A stretch of DNA of 64,000 bases, taken from Fibrobacteria bacterium (GTDB lineage Bacteria > Fibrobacterota > Chitinivibrionia > Chitinivibrionales > FEN-1185). This document shows positions 9,985-18,962 of this stretch, one piece after another (position 1 is the first letter of the stretch; each line of letters starts with the position of its first letter). A program made the position numbers and the translations under genes. The stretch lies in the NCBI GenBank assembly GCA_037447435.1, contig JBBIGR010000021.1, positions 1 through 64,000 on the forward strand, in the 5' to 3' direction. The notes under the pieces were generated by a model, which did no database searches, was not told the origin of the DNA, and saw only the letters and a program-made list of their open reading frames with translations.

Positions 9985-10611
9985 TTACTTTTTAGCATGA
10001 ATGACGTTTTTTTGTTTTAAATCGGGCAGAACAAGATCGGCAATCGTGTTTTGAACATTCGTCTCAAAACGGGGATTAGGCGTTTTACTTGTGGCGCTCC
10101 AAATCAAATGCCCACCATTTCCCGTTGTTAAGACTTCGATCGTATGAACCGCAACCTTTTGTGAATCTATATATCCCGGATGGTCTATTTCGGTATAATA
10201 GCTTCTATACCTTTGCCAGTAGGAACTATATCTGACGTTTTCGGCTACCGTGGTGTATCCTTGGACAAACTGCCGTTTTGTTTCGGTCGGCAATATGCGA
10301 ATAACCATTACCCCATCAAAGCCGTTCGCCCGTGAAGCCGAAATAAGTTGGTCTGTGTCGGGTAACGCATCGGGAAACAAATGGTAAGAGGACGTTGCCG
10401 TCACGGAATGCTTCACAAGATCATTGGTAAAGGCGTCTTCCCAGATACGCCGTTTCGCCGCGTCTTTTCGTACGGCAACAACAAGCACATTGCCCAACGG
10501 TTCGGTATTAAACGTAGGATCATGCCACATATCGACCAGCTTCGACGAGGCGCACCCGATAAACTGACTCATTAAAAAGCCGATCGCGATAATTTTTAAA
10601 AGGGTATTCAT
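9985..10611 (-). CDS. Lipoprotein of unknown function (DUF4136-like)
   Basis: Lipobox-like FIGC at residue 20; RRIWED and LIWSATSKT motifs. Confidence 0.7.
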   Translation of the reverse strand: MNTLLKIIAIGFLMSQFIGCASSKLVDMWHDPTFNTEPLGNVLVVAVRKDAAKRRIWEDAFTNDLVKHSVTATSSYHLFPDALPDTDQLISASRANGFDGVMVIRILPTETKRQFVQGYTTVAENVRYSSYWQRYRSYYTEIDHPGYIDSQKVAVHTIEVLTTGNGGHLIWSATSKTPNPRFETNVQNTIADLVLPDLKQKNVIHAKK

Positions 10612-10698
10612 ATGGCATTCCTTACTATTTAATGTCTATCCCATACCGTCATGTCCTCCAAAGCTATAGCAATGGGGAGTCCGCTGAACTTATTCTTG

Positions 10699-10714
10699 TG
10701 CAATAACCATACCA
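10699..10714 (-). promoter_or_regulatory. Putative sigma54 promoter
   Basis: Minus strand TGGTATGGTTATTGCA (GG-N10-GC), about 90 bp upstream of the lipoprotein start. Confidence 0.65.
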
Positions 10715-10942
10715 TGCGCGTAGGGGACTTCGAAAACGATATCCGGAAAAACCATTCTCATATTTGCGAATGGTTTTTTCGCAACTCCGCGAAAAAAACG
10801 TTTTAGTCTCGAAACCGGGATGAGAACGGATTGTAAAGCCATCTCCCTCCCGTTCCCCCACTATAAGGACTGCGCCCGCAGAAGGAACAGAAGAGAAATG
10901 GTAGTATATGTCAATTACAGAAGTCTTTGCCTCAGTTATTAA

Positions 10943-11812
10943 TTACTTTATAGCTTGGGCAATGCCCGCCAAATCGGCAACGACATTGACTAGCTGTTGA
11001 TTGGCAGGAACGATGATTTTTGCATTGTTCTGTAATGCGAACTGGGCGGTTTCCAACCGTTTTAACAATTGTGAATTACCAACGAAATATTTGTCTGCGG
11101 CTTCATTCACCAAGCGTATCGCTTCGGCCTCCCCTTCGGCGTGCAAAATCCGGGCCTGCCGCACTCCTTCCGCTTTTTTTATCTCGGCCCGTTTAATACC
11201 GTCGGCCGTTGTTTCGGCTGCGGTAGCAAAATCCACGGCTGCAATTTTTTCGTTTTCAGCCTTGACGATTTTATTCATGGTGTCCTGAACGTCTTTGGGA
11301 GGATCTATCTCTTTTAATTCCGCACGGACGATGTCTATGCCCCAATGAGTGGTTTCCCGTATAAGGATTTCATGAAGATCCTTATTGATCCTTCCCCGTT
11401 CGCTGTTGGCCGATTTAAGCGACATCGTACCGATAATGTTACGAAGTGTACTGCGGGACAAGTTCACTATTTGGTAGTTGACATTATTGACATTATATTG
11501 TGAATTCTTCACATCGCTTTCCTGATCTTTCACTTTGTAGTATATTTGCGCATCGACCATGGCATTCAAATTATCGTTTGTAATAATTTCCTGCGGGTCG
11601 GCATTCACCAATTGTTCGGTGATATTCACCTGATACATTTTGTCGACTATTGGAATGAGCCAGTGAAATCCCGGGTTGGCGAAATGGTGATATTTGCCCA
11701 GTCGTTCGACTAGTCCTCTGCGCGTAGGCCGCACGATTCTTATTCCGATCAAAAACAAGAAAAGAATAACGACGCTTACGGGAACAATGAGTGAAAAAGA
11801 ATTTCCCACCAT
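10943..11812 (-). CDS. SPFH/Band 7/prohibitin-domain membrane protein
   Basis: N-terminal TM, VERLGKY..PG.H.LIP, QEIITNDN, WGIDIVRAE, AEGEAEAI coiled coil. Confidence 0.9.
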   Translation of the reverse strand: MVGNSFSLIVPVSVVILFLFLIGIRIVRPTRRGLVERLGKYHHFANPGFHWLIPIVDKMYQVNITEQLVNADPQEIITNDNLNAMVDAQIYYKVKDQESDVKNSQYNVNNVNYQIVNLSRSTLRNIIGTMSLKSANSERGRINKDLHEILIRETTHWGIDIVRAELKEIDPPKDVQDTMNKIVKAENEKIAAVDFATAAETTADGIKRAEIKKAEGVRQARILHAEGEAEAIRLVNEAADKYFVGNSQLLKRLETAQFALQNNAKIIVPANQQLVNVVADLAGIAQAIK

Positions 11813-11832
11813 GAGTTTCTCCTATAAAAGGG

Positions 11833-12156
11833 TTACTTTTTATAATTAATGATTCCGCGCTGTTCCAGGTTTTCCATAACCTGGTCGACAATTCCTTTTT
11901 GTACATCGATGACGGTCTCTGGGTCCGGAGTTTTACTTGTGGCGCTCCAGATCAATTTGCCGCCGTTTCCGGTTGTTGAAACATCGATGGAGCGAACATC
12001 GACGGTTTGTGAATCAAGATATCCGGGATATTCAATTTCGCGATAGTAACTTCCGTATCTTTGCCAATACGAAGGATATGCAAATTCCGGATCCGTGCTT
12101 GCATATCCTTGGACGTAATGCTTGTTCGTTTCCGACGGAAGCCGGCGAATAACAAT
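11833..12156 (-). pseudogene. 5'-truncated paralogue of the lipoprotein at 9985-10611
   Basis: Frame without a start reads IVIRRLPSETNKHYVQGY...YPSYWQRYGSYYREIEYPGYLDSQ...TTGNGGKLIWSATSKTPDP...RGIINYKK*. It is colinear with the C-terminal half of 9985-10611. In-frame TAA lies just upstream at 12160-12162. Confidence 0.85.
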
Positions 12157-12281
12157 CGATTACAAGGTTGGCACCCACTAACTAATCCGTTGCTTCCCCC
12201 TTTGCTGTTGCTTCGGAGGTCATGTCGCAACTGGATAGTTTCAGCAGCATCTCGTATGGATATTTTCTGTATAGCTACTAA

Positions 12282-12297
12282 CGCAATAACCATACCA
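12282..12297 (-). promoter_or_regulatory. Putative sigma54 promoter (15 bp identical to the 10700-10714 site)
   Basis: Minus strand TGGTATGGTTATTGCG. Confidence 0.65.
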
Positions 12298-12517
12298 CCC
12301 TTCCGAAAACACGGAGATTTTCTTGATTTTCATAGTTGTATTCTCCCGTATAAAACCGGTTTCCGAATTTCGTGAGCATGCGCATAAAAAAAATCCGTTC
12401 TTATTTATGCGAAGGTCTTTTTCCCACTATCGAGAATTATTGAAAAAATTCAAAACTTTTACCTTTTTTTTGCTGTTCGAGAAAAACCGTACTCCTTATT
12501 TCATTGATTTTGCCTAC

Positions 12518-12533
12518 GGGTACGGTATTTGCA
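12518..12533 (+). promoter_or_regulatory. Putative sigma54 promoter for the GT4/hemA cluster
   Basis: GGGTACGGTATTTGCA, GG-N10-GC, about 80 bp before ATG 12614. Confidence 0.55.
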
Positions 12534-12613
12534 ATAGGAAAAGAATCGGAACCTATCGCAGAGTGGCATTACTAAAAACGACCGCAGAATGCGGCAAAAA
12601 CAGGATCAATACA

Positions 12614-13789
12614 ATGAGAGTCTGCTTGGCGGCTTATACGAATTACGAAGGCGACAATCGCGTCCGGCGATATGCCGAAGCTCTTGTCAAAAGAGGGGAC
12701 AAAGTCGACATTGTTGCAATACGGCACCCCGGACAGCCCAAACGCGCAACCATTGCAGGGGTGGAAGTATACCGTATCCAAACGAGAAGACTCAATGAGA
12801 AACGAAAAATAGATTACCTGTTTAAGCTTATATTCTTTCTTGTCAGGTCGGCATGGTTCATTACCTTTCGGCATGTCCGGCATCCTTACTCCATAATACA
12901 CATCCATTCGGTACCGGATTTCGAGGTTTTTGCCGCAATCGTTCCTAAATTGACAGGCGCTAAAATAATCCTCGATATCCATGACATTGTGCCCGAATTT
13001 TTTGCCGGGAAATTCAATTCCGGTAAAAAGAGCCTGCTGTATCATGCTCTCATTATAATGGAAAAACTATGCTGCGCGTTCAGCGATTACGTCATTATTG
13101 CCAATGACCTATGGCGCGAAAGGCTTATTGAGCGGTCGGTCTCCCCAAACAAATGCATCACCGTGCTCAACTATCCCGACCTCTCGATATTCAAGAGCAA
13201 TTTTCCGCGGAAAAACAACGACCATTTCATCATGATGTATCCGGGCACGCTTGGATACCATCAGGGGCTCGACATAGCGATACGGGCACTTTCCAGAATC
13301 AACACGGCTGTTCCGCTCGCTCAACTTCATATCTATGGAATAGGGGCCGAAGAAAAGGCTTTACGATCGCTTGCCCACGACTTGGGGCAGGATTCCAGGG
13401 TACTTTTTCAGGGTATATATCCGCTTGATGAAATTGCGAATAAAATGGCTTCCGCTGATCTGGGAATCGTTCCAAAGCGAGCCGACGGATTCGGTAACGA
13501 GGCTTTCAGCACGAAAATTTTCGAATTCATGGCCCTTGGCGTGCCGTTGCTCGTTTCGGGTACGAAAATCGACAAATTCTATTTTAGCAACTCGGTAGTT
13601 ACCTTTTTCGAATCGGGCAACGATGCCGACATGGCTGAAAAAATCATTTATTTGGCGGGCAACGCAAAAGAACGACAGCGATTAACTCAAAATGCCCACA
13701 ACCTCATACGCATGAATAATTGGGATTTAAAAAAACAGCACTATTTAGAGCTGGTAGACTCGTTGCTTAAACCCGCACAAAAAAAGTAA
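12614..13789 (+). CDS. GT4-family glycosyltransferase
   Basis: DNRVRRYAEAL, IHIHSVPD, LDIHDIVPE, YPGTL..HQG, STKIFEFMALGVP. Likely start MRVCLAAY. Confidence 0.88.
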   Translation: MRVCLAAYTNYEGDNRVRRYAEALVKRGDKVDIVAIRHPGQPKRATIAGVEVYRIQTRRLNEKRKIDYLFKLIFFLVRSAWFITFRHVRHPYSIIHIHSVPDFEVFAAIVPKLTGAKIILDIHDIVPEFFAGKFNSGKKSLLYHALIIMEKLCCAFSDYVIIANDLWRERLIERSVSPNKCITVLNYPDLSIFKSNFPRKNNDHFIMMYPGTLGYHQGLDIAIRALSRINTAVPLAQLHIYGIGAEEKALRSLAHDLGQDSRVLFQGIYPLDEIANKMASADLGIVPKRADGFGNEAFSTKIFEFMALGVPLLVSGTKIDKFYFSNSVVTFFESGNDADMAEKIIYLAGNAKERQRLTQNAHNLIRMNNWDLKKQHYLELVDSLLKPAQKK

Positions 13790-13927
13790 ACAAGGAACAT
13801 GTTTGGCTAATAATTATTGGCACATTTTTTGATCTAAATATCATTGAAATAACTTTTTGCAATTTACCGGGATGAATATGTTTTGAATTTTACTACGATG
13901 CTAGAGAATATAAAATGGGGCGATACA

Positions 13928-15046
13928 ATGCATTTCGTGATTATAGGACTCAGTCATAAAACCGCTCCTGTTGAAGTCCGTGAAAAAGTTTCCTTTTCCA
14001 CGGGGCAACAAAAAAACGCGGTACGAACACTCTTGGAAAGCGGTACTGCTTCTGAAGCAATGATACTTTCCACTTGCAACCGGGTCGAGATACACGCACT
14101 CATGCATGCGCCGGATGCTGTTGCATTGAAACAATTCCTTATCGACTTTCATCCGAACGCCGGGAATATAGACGGACATCTTTACGCGCATATCGATACC
14201 GATGCCGTGCGTCATGTGTGTATGGTTGCCGCAGGGCTCGATTCAATGGTCATCGGTGAACCACAAATCTTCGGTCAATTAAAAGACGCCTTGAATACCG
14301 CATTGGAATTCGACATGCCTCAGCCGACACTGAAACGGCTTTTCGACCGCATTTTCAGTATAGTAAAGAAGGTGCGATCGAAAACAAAAATCGGTGAATT
14401 GCCGGTTTCGGTAAGTTATGCAGCTGTCAATCTGGCCCAGTCCATGTTCGGCTCTATAAAGGGAAAGCGGGTTATGTTGCTCGGCGCAGGAAACACCGGC
14501 GCTCTCACGCTCCGAAACCTTATGAGTCACGGTGTCGGTGAAGTATTTATTGTCAACAGGACATTTCAAAAAGCCGTCGAAGTTTCTGAAAAATTCAATG
14601 CCACGCCCATCATGATCCATGAATTAGCCGAATATCTGCCAAAGGTGGACATTCTTATCAGCTCTTTAACGGTTCCCGATTTCTTCATTCGGCGCACGGA
14701 CATGGAAAAGGCCCTGCAAAAACGTATCGGTTCCCCGCTCTTTATAATAGACATTTCCGTACCGCGGAGTTTGGATCCCGACATTGGGACCCTTGCCGGC
14801 GCGACTCTTTACAATATAGACCATCTTCATGCGATCAGCGAAAACAACACGGAAAAACGTAAAATCGAGGTTCAAAAAAGCATGCTGATCATAGAGCAAA
14901 GTACGGCCGATTTTTTACAATTCGGTCTTTTTACCGACGGTAAAGTTCCCCCCGATTTTTTTCGGGCGATCGGTCCCAATACGATGAATATTTCCGAGCG
15001 GGAAATCGACCTTACGGAACAAGCACAGGATGGAGTTTCAATCTAA
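13928..15046 (+). CDS. hemA: Glutamyl-tRNA reductase with a short/divergent C-terminus
   Basis: GLSHKTAPVEVRE, STCNRVE (catalytic Cys), GLDSMVIGEPQIFGQ, SVSYAAV, GAGNTG, DISVPR. Confidence 0.92.
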   Translation: MHFVIIGLSHKTAPVEVREKVSFSTGQQKNAVRTLLESGTASEAMILSTCNRVEIHALMHAPDAVALKQFLIDFHPNAGNIDGHLYAHIDTDAVRHVCMVAAGLDSMVIGEPQIFGQLKDALNTALEFDMPQPTLKRLFDRIFSIVKKVRSKTKIGELPVSVSYAAVNLAQSMFGSIKGKRVMLLGAGNTGALTLRNLMSHGVGEVFIVNRTFQKAVEVSEKFNATPIMIHELAEYLPKVDILISSLTVPDFFIRRTDMEKALQKRIGSPLFIIDISVPRSLDPDIGTLAGATLYNIDHLHAISENNTEKRKIEVQKSMLIIEQSTADFLQFGLFTDGKVPPDFFRAIGPNTMNISEREIDLTEQAQDGVSI

Positions 15047-15148
15047 TTATGATTGCAAAAAGCAGCCTTTGCAATCCTTTAATTTAAATTGACAGTTGGA
15101 ATCGAAAGGCATCCACGACCACAACGTTTGGCGAAAAAAGGATTTGAA

Positions 15149-16768
15149 ATGCAAAAATATCTACGATTCGTCCGCGGTCTCATGAAATACTTCACCACCC
15201 GCATCAAGCCGGAGGAAGCCCTCGCTCAAGCCCAAAAACTTCTTTCGGAACGGTATGCGGCACGGGAAAAGAATTTTTTACATATCGTCGAAAAAGGGAT
15301 TTTCGGATATAAAAAGAGCCCGTACATTCCCCTGCTCGAATCGAAAAAAATTTCCTATGACAACATACAACAATGGGTAGAAAACGACGGTATCGAAAAA
15401 ACGCTTGCACTTTTGCAACATGAGGGGGTTTACTTTACCGTTGATGAATTCAAAGGCAAAATACCGGTAAAGAGGAGCGGGCTCAGCTTCACCTGTGCGG
15501 AAAAAATGTTCGACAATCCGTTTTTGGCCGTCGCATACGAGGTGCGGAGCGGAGCAACGCGAAGTGCAGGCACAAGAATCCGCATCGATTTCGACTATCT
15601 TGTCCAACGATCATTATACGATGCGTTTCTGCTCAATATCCACGATGTTCTTACGGCACCCATTGCAAATTGGTTTCCGCTTTTCCCCGGAGCCCCGGGC
15701 ATCAATTCATCGCTCCGATTTTCGCATATCGGCAATCCGCCTAAAAAATGGTTTTCACAGGTGGAAAAAGCCCAAGTAAAAGTCAATTGGGAAAAACGCT
15801 TTGGGACCGGACTGATATTTTTCATCGGCAGGCTTTACGGAGTTCCCTTGGCCAGACCCGAATACGTCAGTCTGAATTACGCGCATACCGTGGCACAATG
15901 GGCCGCCGCCATGGTTGCCGAACACGGCTCCTGTGTCGTGTATACCTTTGCGACTTCTGCGGTAAGGGTATGTATGGCGGCCCAGGAAAACGGCCTTGAC
16001 ATAAAAGGCGTTCGATTCTTTGTTACCGGCGAACCTCTTACCGCTCAAAAAAAGTTCGAGATAGAATCTGCAGGGGCAAAGGCAATTCCGGTGTATGGAA
16101 TTTCCGAGGCAGGGGTTATTGCCGCGGGATGCGGCTTTGATTCGGGAATAAGCGATGATTGCCATTTGTACAAGGATACGACGGCGGTAATCGCCCATTC
16201 GCATACGGTTGAGCATTTCGACGCAACGGTCAATTCATTTCTCTTTACGTCGCTTTTGTACGAAGCACCCAAGCTTCTGTTGAATGTCGGCATGGGAGAC
16301 TACGGAATCGTAGAGGAAAAACCCTGCGACTGCGCATTTGGAAAGCTTGGTTTTCATACCCGCATCTCATCCATACGCAGTTATGAAAAGCTGACCGGCG
16401 AAGGCGTTACCTTTGTCGATACCGATTTCATCAAAATCATCGAAAAAGACCTGCCCAAAAGGTTCGGAGGGTCCAGTACCGATTATCAGTTGATAGAGGA
16501 AGAGGATTCCAAGGGTATCAGTCATTTGCATCTGATTGTGAGTCCCCGCCTCAACGGGCTCGATGAAAAAAACCTTGTTGAAACGTTTATAGGTCTCTTA
16601 AGAACATCGGAGGCTTCGCCGGAATCGTGGGCCCAATCCGGCACGCTCATGTGGAACCAGGCTCGCACCTTACGCGTCAAGCGTGAGTTCCCCATCGCGA
16701 CGGCAAGCGGTAAAATTTTGCCGTTTCATCTGGTGCGGAAAAAAACAACCTCCTCAATAATCATATAA
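15149..16768 (+). CDS. PaaK / F390-synthetase-like adenylate-forming ligase
   Basis: Degenerate P-loop RSGATRSAG, TGE, YGISEAG, MGDYG, C-terminal TASGKI lysine motif. Confidence 0.65.
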   Translation: MQKYLRFVRGLMKYFTTRIKPEEALAQAQKLLSERYAAREKNFLHIVEKGIFGYKKSPYIPLLESKKISYDNIQQWVENDGIEKTLALLQHEGVYFTVDEFKGKIPVKRSGLSFTCAEKMFDNPFLAVAYEVRSGATRSAGTRIRIDFDYLVQRSLYDAFLLNIHDVLTAPIANWFPLFPGAPGINSSLRFSHIGNPPKKWFSQVEKAQVKVNWEKRFGTGLIFFIGRLYGVPLARPEYVSLNYAHTVAQWAAAMVAEHGSCVVYTFATSAVRVCMAAQENGLDIKGVRFFVTGEPLTAQKKFEIESAGAKAIPVYGISEAGVIAAGCGFDSGISDDCHLYKDTTAVIAHSHTVEHFDATVNSFLFTSLLYEAPKLLLNVGMGDYGIVEEKPCDCAFGKLGFHTRISSIRSYEKLTGEGVTFVDTDFIKIIEKDLPKRFGGSSTDYQLIEEEDSKGISHLHLIVSPRLNGLDEKNLVETFIGLLRTSEASPESWAQSGTLMWNQARTLRVKREFPIATASGKILPFHLVRKKTTSSIII

Positions 16769-16779
16769 AGGAGATTATC

Positions 16780-17766
16780 ATGCCTTTTCCCATTCATCGC
16801 ATGCGGCGGCTACGGCGTACCACCGAACTTCGAACTATAGTCCGGGAAAACATGCTTTCCGTCGACGATTTTGTAATGCCGCTCTTTATCGTACCGGGTA
16901 ATTCGGTCAAAAAAGAAATCGAAACATTGCCCGGAAATTATCACTTGTCCGTTGATATGCTCGTCGAAGAGGCCAAGGAGATACGGGATCTGGGAATTAC
17001 CACCGTTCTTTTATTCGGCATCCCCGGGGAGAAAAACGAATCGGCTTCGGAGGCGTACAATCCCGACGGCACGACGCAAAAGGCTATTGCGGCATTGAAG
17101 AAACAGGTTCCCCAGCTTGTGGTGATAAGCGATATCTGTCTGTGCGAATACACCACAAGCGGCCACTGCGGCATAATGGAAAACGGGTACTTGCTAAACG
17201 ACAAGTCTCTCGAGATCATCGGAAAAATAGCAAGGTCGCATGCTGCCGCCGGCGCCGATTTGGTCGCACCGTCGGCCATGCTCGACGGCCAGATCCAGAC
17301 CATACGTTCGTCTCTTGACAAGGACGGGTTCGTCAATACCGCTATCATGGCATATTCCGTCAAGTATTCATCGTGTCTCTTCAACCCCTTTTTCAAACAC
17401 GGCACCAAATCGGTCGTATCGTTCGGCGATAAAAAAACGCATCAGATGGACTATTTTAACTCCCGCGAAGCAATGCGGGAGATAGACCTCGACGTTGCGG
17501 AGGGCGCAGACATCATCATGGTCAAACCGGGACTTTTTTACCTCGATATCGTCGGTAAGGCAAAAGCCGGATTTCCCCTGCCTCTTGCCGTTTATAATGT
17601 CAGCGGCGAATACGCCATGCTTCACGCTGCCGTAAAAGCGGGAATTTTCGATTTGAAAACCATTCTTATGGAAACCCTTGCCTGCTTCAAACGCGCCGGC
17701 GCCGATCTCATCATCACCTACGGAGCTAAAGAAGCCGCCCGTTTTTTAAGCGAAGGCCCGCAGTGA
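16780..17766 (+). CDS. hemB: Porphobilinogen synthase (ALA dehydratase)-family protein with a divergent lid
   Basis: RMRRLR, DICLCEYTTSGHCG (three-Cys Zn site), YSVK and MVKP Schiff-base lysines, YNVSGEY, RAGADLIITY. Confidence 0.92.
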   Translation: MPFPIHRMRRLRRTTELRTIVRENMLSVDDFVMPLFIVPGNSVKKEIETLPGNYHLSVDMLVEEAKEIRDLGITTVLLFGIPGEKNESASEAYNPDGTTQKAIAALKKQVPQLVVISDICLCEYTTSGHCGIMENGYLLNDKSLEIIGKIARSHAAAGADLVAPSAMLDGQIQTIRSSLDKDGFVNTAIMAYSVKYSSCLFNPFFKHGTKSVVSFGDKKTHQMDYFNSREAMREIDLDVAEGADIIMVKPGLFYLDIVGKAKAGFPLPLAVYNVSGEYAMLHAAVKAGIFDLKTILMETLACFKRAGADLIITYGAKEAARFLSEGPQ

Positions 17767-18941
17767 ATAAGATCAAAATACTGCATGTTTACAAAAGCTT
17801 TAACGTATACAACGGGCTTATCGAAATACTTTCTATTCTCGCGCAGAACATGGACCTCGAAAAGTTCGAGCTCGGCATCTGCGTTTATAATTATGACGAA
17901 AACGAGGCCGGCCGCCAGTTTGAAAAATTGGGCGGAAAAATATATTCTCTCGAGATCGGACACGGCGTACCATCCAAGTTCCGGGAGTTTTCCAGCCTCG
18001 TTGCTTTTTTCAAGAAATATCGGCCCGACATCGTGCAAACGCACGTGCTCAAAGCAAACTTGTACGGCGTCATCGCGGCAAAACTTGCAAAAGTACCTAT
18101 TGTCATAGGAACGGAGATGACGCTTAAAGACACGGCGCCGACCCGTTTCGGCCGTTTCCGGGACAGGCTTCTGCAGCCTTTTGTCAGGCAAATCATCAAC
18201 AAATGCGATAGTTTTATCGTGACATCGGAGTTTATTAAACGGGAATGGTACGGCAATGCGGCGCCGGGAAAGGTCGCGGTTGTTTATCCGCCTTTCAACT
18301 TGGTAAAGTTGGAATTGTCACATCGGGCAACATCACCAGTTCCTTCGCAGGAAAACAAAACCAGACTCTGTTACGTTGGAAGGCTTTCCGAAGAAAAGGG
18401 AGTTCGGACATTACTCGACGCGATGAAAATCGTCGTCGACCGAAAAACAAAGGCAACGCTGACAATCGTCGGCACCGGTCCGCTCGAAGCCGAACTCAAG
18501 CGTCGCGCATCCGCAATGGACGCCAACGAAGCGATCATCTTTACCGGGTATAAGCCGAACGTGTTTGAAGTTTTAAAAGACATGGATGTTTTTGTATTGC
18601 CGTCGCGCTCCGAGGGGAGCCCGATCGTGGTTCTGGAAGCGATGGCAATGTCCTTGCCGGTCGTCGCCACTGCGGTGGGCGGTACTGTAGAACTCGTACG
18701 ACAGGGAAAAACCGGAATTCTCGTACCGCACAACGACCCCGGAAAACTTGCCGAAGCGCTCATCGACCTTTCGGACAACAGGGAAAAAGCGCAGACTTTA
18801 GGCGCGGCAGGCCACGACGTCGTATTTTCCGATTTTCACCCTGCGCAATTTACAAACCGTCTCCAGAACATTTACATACAGTTATACCGTTCGAAAACGA
18901 TCTCGCAACGCAATACCTCCGGGCAACCGGAATCACTTTAG
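17763..18941 (+). CDS. GT4-family glycosyltransferase
   Basis: RPDIVQTH, VGRLSEEKG, PSRSEGSPIVVLEAMA. GTG start overlaps the hemB stop. Confidence 0.9.
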   Translation: MNKIKILHVYKSFNVYNGLIEILSILAQNMDLEKFELGICVYNYDENEAGRQFEKLGGKIYSLEIGHGVPSKFREFSSLVAFFKKYRPDIVQTHVLKANLYGVIAAKLAKVPIVIGTEMTLKDTAPTRFGRFRDRLLQPFVRQIINKCDSFIVTSEFIKREWYGNAAPGKVAVVYPPFNLVKLELSHRATSPVPSQENKTRLCYVGRLSEEKGVRTLLDAMKIVVDRKTKATLTIVGTGPLEAELKRRASAMDANEAIIFTGYKPNVFEVLKDMDVFVLPSRSEGSPIVVLEAMAMSLPVVATAVGGTVELVRQGKTGILVPHNDPGKLAEALIDLSDNREKAQTLGAAGHDVVFSDFHPAQFTNRLQNIYIQLYRSKTISQRNTSGQPESL

Positions 18942-18962
18942 GGAAACGAAAGTAAGGCAAAC

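Noticed and set aside
12072..12110. Perfect 12-bp inverted repeat AAGGATATGCAA...TTGCATATCCTT
   Set aside because: It lies within the coding-derived pseudogene and translates colinearly with the paralogue; no sign of insertion or function.
12220..12333. Small minus ORF MKIKKISVFSEGWYGYCVSSYTENIHTRCC-TGA, considered as a RiPP precursor or selenopeptide
   Set aside because: It overlaps the sigma54 motif, no SECIS-like hairpin is evident, a second stop follows within six codons, and no RiPP-type modifying enzyme is adjacent.
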